A stretch of DNA of 64,000 nucleotides. Origin: Phallusia mammillata. Lineage: Eukaryota. Numbering within the stretch: the stretch's first letter is position 1; every line of letters starts with the position of its first letter. Where the stretch lies: the NCBI GenBank assembly GCA_965637545.1, contig OZ281494.1, positions 930,001-994,000 on the forward strand, in the 5' to 3' direction. Below are positions 56,503-64,000 of the stretch, piece after piece. The notes below the pieces were generated by a model, which searched no databases, was not told the DNA's origin, and worked only from the letters and a program-made list of their open reading frames with translations. The position numbers and the translations under genes are program-made.

Positions 56503-59500
56503 GTTACGAAAATACTTTACAAGCAGTGAATAACAGTGTGTTGATATTATCTGACGATCTTGTGGATGCAAACACTGCAGAGGAGAAATGTTCTTTGCTG
56601 GGTGGAAATCTTGCAATGACTGATGACCCACAGATCAACACAACTCTCACTCAACTCATGACAGACAAATACACAACAGGTTTGTTTGCTAAAAAAATGT
56701 TAGCATTAGCCTGGTTTAAATGCAACTTTTTATTGACAAAACTGAGTATCTGAATATTGTTTTACCGCAAATCAACCTTTCAACGCAAATCAACTGCTTG
56801 AAATAGAATTTTGTTTCAGATTTGCAGCGGGTTTATGTTTTTTATGATCCCGTCACATGTGAACGCTAAAAATACTCTAAAAATCAAACTGAAGTGGACT
56901 TCTGGAAAAGTACAAAATCTCTCGGACATCTGTGGTATTTCGACTTGTGTAAAAGGTAAAGCTCATTGTAAGCAATAAGTCTTTAAAAATGTTGGTTTCG
57001 AATGAACTGTAGAATTTTTTGCGTGAAATGATGTAAAAATACCTAACTTCACTTGACTTAAATATTTTCAGTAAATCTGAAACCGTAGTGGAAATTTACT
57101 TTTGCGATGCACCAGTATGGGCGGAAAATGATATGGCCCAGTGGGAAGTGTATATTGGGACAACATGCGACATCATTTGGAACGGAAGTCCAAATGGTTC
57201 GTGTCAATCAGCTTGTTTATTCAGGCCCTTTATTATATACACATCGTACCTCAGTGGTTAATACAAAATATTTTTGAATACTTTAGCCAACATTTTCAGA
57301 ATTACTTTTCAAGCCTCTAACTATGTCTTCCGTGCAAAATAGTGTGGCGAATCTTTATCACTTTGTTTAACTCCTTTATTTTCACACACCTACGTGAACT
57401 TATAATCGTTTTGTTTGAAGCGTTGCCTATTGGGTATCCCGGCACTAACTCTGTGATTGTTGTTGTGTTTAATTGGTTTGTTTTGCCAATCATATTTTCA
57501 CTACACCATATTTCCATGGCATATATCTTGTTTTACCACCTGTTACTATTGTTGTGTTTAATCGGTTTGTTTTGCCAATGATATTTTCACTATATCATAT
57601 TTCCACGGCATATATCTTGTTTTACCACACACTGTATATATCTTGTTTTACTACACAGCATTCACCTATTCGTTTTATATTGTAATAGTTGTCTTTACTC
57701 CGTTTGTATGATCGCCCTTTCCCCGCCACTAATTACGCTTGATTGATGTATCGTTACCTGGATGTGCCTTTGGTCGTCACGTGATTGTTTCTTCCACGTA
57801 CGTGGCCGCGTCGCACGTGCGAGTAAAATAATGAAGGTCAGTCTTCCTCTGGGCGCCGTGCGAGTTACACCTGTTGGTTTCTGTTCTGTGTCGCACTGGC
57901 GTTTACTGATTATTGAGCGCAGCGTATTGAAGTTGGAAATACGTGTAGTTTTACGCCAGTGTATTTTATCGCTTTTACTTAAACTAGGCGCCCATTAGTG
58001 AAACCAGTTTGTGGTCTTTCTTTGGCTTAGTGGTGAGCCGTTATTGCAGGGTTCGGGCCGTTTCCGAATTAGGGAGGCAGTTCTGGTTTTAAGGTATAGA
58101 ATTAGACTCAAGGGATTGATTGAAATTTAACATCGCCACTAAAAGGATCGTTTAGTCGAATTCCCAAAGCTGCCGAAATATTTCCGTAACAATAGCATGG
58201 ATTAATGTCCTTTAAAGTATATATTGGAGCTCGTTACAACACTTTGTTGCATGGTTGGTATTGGAGTGACGGATCTCCGGCAAACATTCCCGGTTCCAAC
58301 GTTACAACTTGCCAGCAGGGAGCGTTGCATTATGGGATCGGATGGGAGCAGTCAAGCATGAACTGCAGTGGGTAAACGGCTTACTACGCTTGTCAAGTGA
58401 AACGAGTATTCTCATATACAAGCACTAATTTACAAAAGATTTGCCGGCGTTTTTAATATCAAAAACGCCACTTTTAATATGTCTTTGGCTGTTTATCTTA
58501 ATGCCTCATATTTGCTGTTTCATTATGGTAAAAAGAATGATTGAATAACAATGTATCAGTTCTTTTTGCAGTTAAAGATGAAAATGTGTCTGTATCATAA
58601 AAGTGTCGAGACCTAGTCGTAACATATAATTTTTGCAGCCCTGTCGTTTCTTCAACAATTGGGAAATCAGAATTTAGCAAATACTTGAGAAATAAAAAAC
58701 ATTGGACAGCAAATTGGAATTTTTTCCCAAAATCATGTTGAAACCAACGGAACAACTTATGATTACGGAGAAGCTCAACTGTACATCGTTGTTACCTGCA
58801 TCAACCAAGAGACATATAACTCGACAGTTGGGATCATCTAAGATTGTCTTCTCATTGCAGACAAACGGGGTTCAACGCGTCGTTATTGATGTGTATGTCT
58901 TTAAGATAAACACAACAGAAACTGTACAGATTCAACCGGTCCAAGCCGGTTTCCTAACCACAACAAAGTACGAAGCTGCATTGAACACAACCTTTATTAA
59001 TATTGTCGGTCGCAATGCAGATAGCTTTAAACCCACACACAGCAACCATTCAACCAGCAACGAGGGAAACAATCATCGTCAAGGAAACGCAAATTTTACC
59101 GTATCTCCAATGTCACTAGAATCAGTCTGCAAGAAAATCAAATTGGGAAAGATCAGCAATGCAAACCTTCTTATCAACAAAATGAAACCCATCTGTCTTT
59201 ACTTCGACAGAGTTGAAGAAAAATATTCAGATCGTGGTTGCGTCACAATTACTGATGACGTTACTGGCAAAGTCACTTGCAAATGTAACCATCTCACCTT
59301 GTTCACTGTTCTGCTGGCTGTCGAGACCACCACCATACCAAAGGGCATCAAGGTAAAGATGTTAGTGTGTAATTTAACAAATGACTCACAACTAAGACAA
59401 ACTTTGTTTCAGATCACATCTTACGCCACAGAATCAACATCAGTCGTGTTTCTGATCGCCACCATAATAATCCTCTGCAATTCGAAACACAGCGGAGATC

Positions 59501-60159
59501 GGGTTCCGGTTCAAATCAGCTTGTCACTGGCTCTGCTACTCTTCCATGCTGTCAACATATCACATGATCTTGCCGTGATGCACGAAATTCCATGCGTGAT
59601 TCACACAGCAGCCAATCAATATTTGTTTCTCTGTGCAGGTAAAGTAAATATATAACTAACTAAATAATTCAACCATTTAAAGATTTGTTTGTGATCGTTT
59701 GTAGCGTTTGTTTCAGGAATGTGGTCCCTGGTAGAAGGAATTCGTCTATTGATGGCCACTTCCTTTCCAGTCGAGTTTCAATTCAACGAAACGTTTCAGG
59801 GTTTTTATACTCACTGGCTGGATTATTCCCGCTCTATTAGTGGGAATATCTGCTACTATGGGGTTTCTCATGGAAACTACATTAAGCCCCAACCATTCTA
59901 CGAGCAGTGTAACCAATTTATACAGGTTCAAAAATACGACAGATGCTGGTTGACGCCCGGTGCTCCGATCTTCTACACAACGGTCATCGCTCCTCTTTCT
60001 CTTGTCCTCTTCATCAACCTGATCATTATCCTGAAGACAACACATGTGATGCTGAATTCGAGACGGATGCGAAACAGAGGAGAAGATCCTCGGACAGGAG
60101 ATGCATTAAAAGCAGCAAAGTCTTTTATCTTACTCTTCCTCATGATTCTATTTGAATAA
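56503..60159 (+). pseudogene. CTLD-exon set fused to an adhesion GPCR (GAIN/GPS + 7TM), disrupted and truncated by a LINE
   Basis: A 56503-56679 (acceptor AG changed to AA), B 56820-56955 approx (TAA 56867-56869), C 57072-57216 approx, E 58212-58400 approx (TAA), then C.YFD..S.RGC..VTCKCNHLTLF (HLT 59290-59298), TM1-3 at 59413-59638, WSLVEG, a frameshifted TM4 (LTGWIIPALLVGISATMG), CWL..TM5, TM6 cut at ~60150. Confidence 0.8.
57452..57630 (+). repeat. ~88-bp tandem duplication
   Basis: Two copies of TTGTTGTGTTTAAT.GGTTTGTTTTGCCAAT.ATATTTTCACTA..CATATTTCCA.GGCATATATCTTGTTTTACCAC. Confidence 0.8.
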
Positions 60160-60183
60160 GGTATTGAATAGGCAATAGGAACC

Positions 60184-60885
60184 ATGACTCTTAAAGAACT
60201 GCAAACTGAACTGCAAGAAATGCAAAAGAAATTGGATATTTTATTCAGCGTACAAAAAAATATTGAAGAAATTAAAGAAGCTTTACATGAGGCAAACACA
60301 GAGGCAGCATTAGTAAGACAAGAACTACTGGACACAAAACAAGAGTTACGTCGATGCCAAGAACAAACAGGAAATGTGCAACAAAAACTAAACAGTACTA
60401 TTTACAAATTGGACAAACTTGAACAATATGGACGGAAAGAAAGCATACGGATTTATGGACTACCGGAATCAGACACTGGAAATGATGATGGGGAAAAACT
60501 TTTACATGATGTGGCAAAGCAATTGCAAATTTCTTTGTCGCCATCAGATGTTCAAAGAGCCCACAGGGTTGGCAAAAAGAGAGAATCCCGCCCCAGACCA
60601 ATAATTGCCAAATTCGTATCCTTTAAGAAGCGTCAGGAATTCATGATGAAAAAAAGGGAACTTAGAAACCAAAAAAATTATATAAATGAAAATCTGACAC
60701 CTATAAGGTACAAACTTATGTATTACCTGAAACAAACCCCAGCAGTGGAAGCAACTGGCAGTTCATATGGCAGAATCAGTATAAAAGTGAATGGAAAGTG
60801 GCTGCAAATTGACTCGCCAGAAGACCTTCTGAAAACTGGACTTGAAATTGATTGGAATACAGTACAACAAATCTATGAAAGATAA
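60184..60885 (+). CDS. LINE ORF1 protein (coiled coil + RRM-like)
   Basis: 233-aa ORF: heptad-rich N-half, then LEQYGRKESIRIYGLPE, VQRAHRVG, RPIIAKF. Confidence 0.9.
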   Translation: MTLKELQTELQEMQKKLDILFSVQKNIEEIKEALHEANTEAALVRQELLDTKQELRRCQEQTGNVQQKLNSTIYKLDKLEQYGRKESIRIYGLPESDTGNDDGEKLLHDVAKQLQISLSPSDVQRAHRVGKKRESRPRPIIAKFVSFKKRQEFMMKKRELRNQKNYINENLTPIRYKLMYYLKQTPAVEATGSSYGRISIKVNGKWLQIDSPEDLLKTGLEIDWNTVQQIYER

Positions 60886-60933
60886 GTTTGTTTTGGGTTT
60901 AATGTTTATGTGGTTTTTGTGTGTCAAGTAAAT

Positions 60934-63900
60934 ATGCAATGGATTCCGGGAAAAAAAACAAATATTACACAAAACAATACTGATTGTGATAAAATAAGAA
61001 ATGAATCATTTGAAAACATGGGACAATGTAAAGTTGAATCAATAGGAGCATTAAATCGATCAACTGAAACACAAACAGATAAAACACTGACAATCCTGCA
61101 CTGCAATATACGGAGCCTAAACAAAAACAAGCACAAACTTGAGGAGTTACTAGCAGAAATGAAAATTCAACCAAACTTTATTCTATTGTCAGAAACTAGA
61201 ATAAACATAAGCCAAGCCCCATTTAATTTTGACATAAACGGATATTGTTTTTTTCATTCTGACTCCACTACGAAGGCAGGAGGTGTTGGCATATATGTCA
61301 ACAAAGACATTTCAATAAAATTAAGAAACGATTTGCATATTCCCACCGTTAATCAATGCGAAGATTTATGGCTGGAAACTAAGAATAGGAACAATAGCAC
61401 CATTATCATAGGTGTCATATACCGTCACCCTAATTTTGACTTTTCAGATTTTGAAATTGGCTTTGCAAAGCGTTTGGACCAAATTCAACAAAACAATTTC
61501 ACATACTACATAGGAGGGGACATCAACATAAATTTGCAAAATGTCAGCTGCATACCGAAAATAAAAAACTACATTAACACAATTCACAGTACTGGCTGCA
61601 ACATACCAATCGACAAACCAACCAGATATGGGCCTTTTAGTCAGCCATCAATACTTGATCACTTTTACACAAACACTAGACATATGGTATCTCCTGCCAT
61701 TATAAAGTTTGACATATCAGATCATCTACCAATTATTTTATCAATTACCTCCACACAGACACTTCATAAGAAGACAGTTTTATCATACACTCGCTCATTA
61801 AAAAACTTTAACATTGAAAACTTTTTGACAGATCTGGACCTCCGGTTGTTGTTTGAATTACAACAATCAGAGAGTACAAACATCACAGATCTAGAAAACA
61901 AATTCACCTCTTTCATTAACATTTTTGCTAAAACCTTGCATGATCATGCACCATTGCGCCCCTTGTCAAGAAAAGAAAACAAACTTAAACAAAAACCATG
62001 GATTTCAAAAGCAATCCTAAGGTCAATAAAAATCAAAAACAAAATGTTTAGAGAATGCTACAAAACTAAAAGCATTGCAAAAATTCAAAAATACAAAACC
62101 TACAGCAACATATTGATCCGTGTTAAAAGGGTGGCAAAGCAGGAATATTACCACACACAGCTAAAATACAGTGCAACTTCCACACAAACATGGAAAACTA
62201 TAAAAGAAATAATTAATAGCACAACAAATAAAACAGTCATTAATCAGATAACTAACAATGGTAGCAAAATCACAGACAGCCTGAAAATAGCACAACACAT
62301 GAACAAACATTTTGCAGCAGTAGGTCAGACACTGGCACAAAAAATCACACCCACACAAGAACATTTTACAAAATTTTTAAAACAGCCATGTCCAAATTCC
62401 TTTTTTCTGCCACCCATAATCAACATTGATGTACAGAGACAAATTCAACTTTTAGCTGACAAAAAATCACAAGGTCCATATCACATTCCAATTCGGTTTA
62501 TAAAAATGGCAAATGAAGTCATCACACCATATTTAACAGACTTATATAATGAATGCATAATGTTGTCATATATTCCCAAATGTTTAAAAATTAGTCACAT
62601 CACACCAATACCCAAAAATAAAAATCCGACCACATGTTCAGACTTTCGGCCAATCTCCATAACTCCCATTTTCTGTAAAATATTTGAAAAACTTTTACTA
62701 GCTCCATTGACAAAATTTATTGAAAAACATAATGCCATCTCTGAGCACCAATTTGGGTTCCGTCGACAACACTCAACAGACCTACTAACAGCTGACCTTT
62801 ATGAAAATATTTTGCACAGCTTAGACCATAAACAATACCATTGCACTATATTCATGGACCTCTCCAAGGCATTTGACACAATCGATCATGGTATTTTAAA
62901 GCACAAATTACAACATTATGGTATACGTGGTGGGCCGTTAGATTTGCTCATGAGTTATGTGACCAATAGAAAACAACACACAAAAGTCAACAACACTTTA
63001 TCAAATGCATGCACACCATCACACGGATTACCTCAGGGCAGCATTTTATCACCACTATTGTTTCAAATATATGTCAATGATCTACCACTATCCAGCCCCC
63101 TCCTATGCAGATTATTCGCAGATGACACAATCCTCTTTCAGTCTGACAGCTCACTAACAAGCCTAAACAACAAAATTCAGTGCGGAATTACAGGAGCAGA
63201 CATTTGGATGCGGTGTAATAAGCTATCAATTAATTACCAGAAAACCAATTTTATGTTATTTCATAATACTCGTCCACCTGATCCACTACAATTTTTGGTT
63301 ACAATGAATAACCAACCAATTTTAAGGACTAATGTCACCAAATACCTTGGACTTTATATAGATGATAAACTTACATGGAAAAATCATATATCATGCATAT
63401 CATCAAAAATAGCTAGGTCAATTGGGATAATTGCTAAAATAAAAACTTTTGTCAACAAACCTACACTTTTAACTCTGTACTATGCGTTGATTCATCCACA
63501 CCTTCAATATTGTGTGTTAAACTGGGGACTTGCTTATCCCACCAATTTGGCCCATATTCAAGTACTGCAAAATAAGGCAATAAGACTCATAAGGAACACT
63601 GACATCAGAACACACATGCAGCCAATATATAAAGACCTACGGATACTTGACATTAATGACATGCTTCATTTGGAAATATATAAATTTATGTACAAATTTG
63701 ATAAACACCGTCTGCCTTCGGTGTTCAACCAATATTTTATACCAACATCCCAAGTCCACGATCACAACACCAGGCAAACCAAATTCCAAAACTATCATCA
63801 TCCGCAGGTACAAACAAACTCAGGTCTCAAATGCCTACAATACTTTGCAATTAATCTTTGGGCCCAAGCTCCAAATTCCGCAAAACACTTGGGTACTCAA

Positions 63901-64000
63901 AATTTGTCTCCCATGCAAAGCGCAGTATCATACAATAAACTTGTTGACAAATACGCCCTTGACAAAAACGCACATGTTGTTTTGAAAAAAAATCCCATGC
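60934..64000 (+). CDS. LINE ORF2 (APE endonuclease + RT), CR1/L2-like, open to the window edge
   Basis: Read codon by codon in frame 1 with no stop from 60886 to 64000: HCNIRSL, LSET, GGVGIYV, GVIYRHP, GDIN, SDH; FRPISI, QFGFR, DLSKAFDT, GLPQGSILSP, LFADD, KYLG. Missing from the ORF track. Confidence 0.93.
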   Translation, partial: MQWIPGKKTNITQNNTDCDKIRNESFENMGQCKVESIGALNRSTETQTDKTLTILHCNIRSLNKNKHKLEELLAEMKIQPNFILLSETRINISQAPFNFDINGYCFFHSDSTTKAGGVGIYVNKDISIKLRNDLHIPTVNQCEDLWLETKNRNNSTIIIGVIYRHPNFDFSDFEIGFAKRLDQIQQNNFTYYIGGDININLQNVSCIPKIKNYINTIHSTGCNIPIDKPTRYGPFSQPSILDHFYTNTRHMVSPAIIKFDISDHLPIILSITSTQTLHKKTVLSYTRSLKNFNIENFLTDLDLRLLFELQQSESTNITDLENKFTSFINIFAKTLHDHAPLRPLSRKENKLKQKPWISKAILRSIKIKNKMFRECYKTKSIAKIQKYKTYSNILIRVKRVAKQEYYHTQLKYSATSTQTWKTIKEIINSTTNKTVINQITNNGSKITDSLKIAQHMNKHFAAVGQTLAQKITPTQEHFTKFLKQPCPNSFFLPPIINIDVQRQIQLLADKKSQGPYHIPIRFIKMANEVITPYLTDLYNECIMLSYIPKCLKISHITPIPKNKNPTTCSDFRPISITPIFCKIFEKLLLAPLTKFIEKHNAISEHQFGFRRQHSTDLLTADLYENILHSLDHKQYHCTIFMDLSKAFDTIDHGILKHKLQHYGIRGGPLDLLMSYVTNRKQHTKVNNTLSNACTPSHGLPQGSILSPLLFQIYVNDLPLSSPLLCRLFADDTILFQSDSSLTSLNNKIQCGITGADIWMRCNKLSINYQKTNFMLFHNTRPPDPLQFLVTMNNQPILRTNVTKYLGLYIDDKLTWKNHISCISSKIARSIGIIAKIKTFVNKPTLLTLYYALIHPHLQYCVLNWGLAYPTNLAHIQVLQNKAIRLIRNTDIRTHMQPIYKDLRILDINDMLHLEIYKFMYKFDKHRLPSVFNQYFIPTSQVHDHNTRQTKFQNYHHPQVQTNSGLKCLQYFAINLWAQAPNSAKHLGTQNLSPMQSAVSYNKLVDKYALDKNAHVVLKKNPM

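Larger units (their letters stand above)
60150..64000 (+). mobile_element. Young CR1/L2-like LINE inserted into the adhesion-GPCR gene
   Basis: ORF1 plus uninterrupted ORF2; the GPCR reading breaks in TM6 just upstream. The left junction is approximate. Confidence 0.88.

Overview
AT-rich eukaryotic genomic DNA with many short GT-AG introns, most consistent with an invertebrate chordate such as an ascidian (inference only). Bases 1-26.3 kb hold a tandem cluster of three related single-pass receptors sharing a signal peptide, an atypical double C-type-lectin (CTLD) region, 1-3 FN3 repeats and nearly the same TM helix. Two end in a short tail with three tyrosine motifs (YENF/YENM/YEEI); the third ends in a tandem D1/D2 receptor tyrosine phosphatase. 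Decayed phosphatase exons lie behind both Tyr-tail genes. A fourth copy of the same CTLD exon set lies in front of a disrupted adhesion-GPCR (GPS+7TM) at 56.5-60.2 kb. Every copy has a stop codon inside the same frame-preserving exon cassette. The minus strand carries an apparently intact 6xLDLa-ZP-EGF gene (43143-30015, with an alternative TM terminal exon) and a degenerate armadillo-repeat gene. Mobile DNA includes a Vingi-like LINE fragment, a TSD-flanked RTE LINE, a Penelope-like element with several hammerhead-ribozyme motifs, a Gypsy gag remnant, a Buster-type hAT with many MITEs, tRNA-derived repeats and a CR1/L2-like LINE whose long ORF2 is absent from the ORF track because it runs off the window. 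All exon models were read by hand and lack transcript support.
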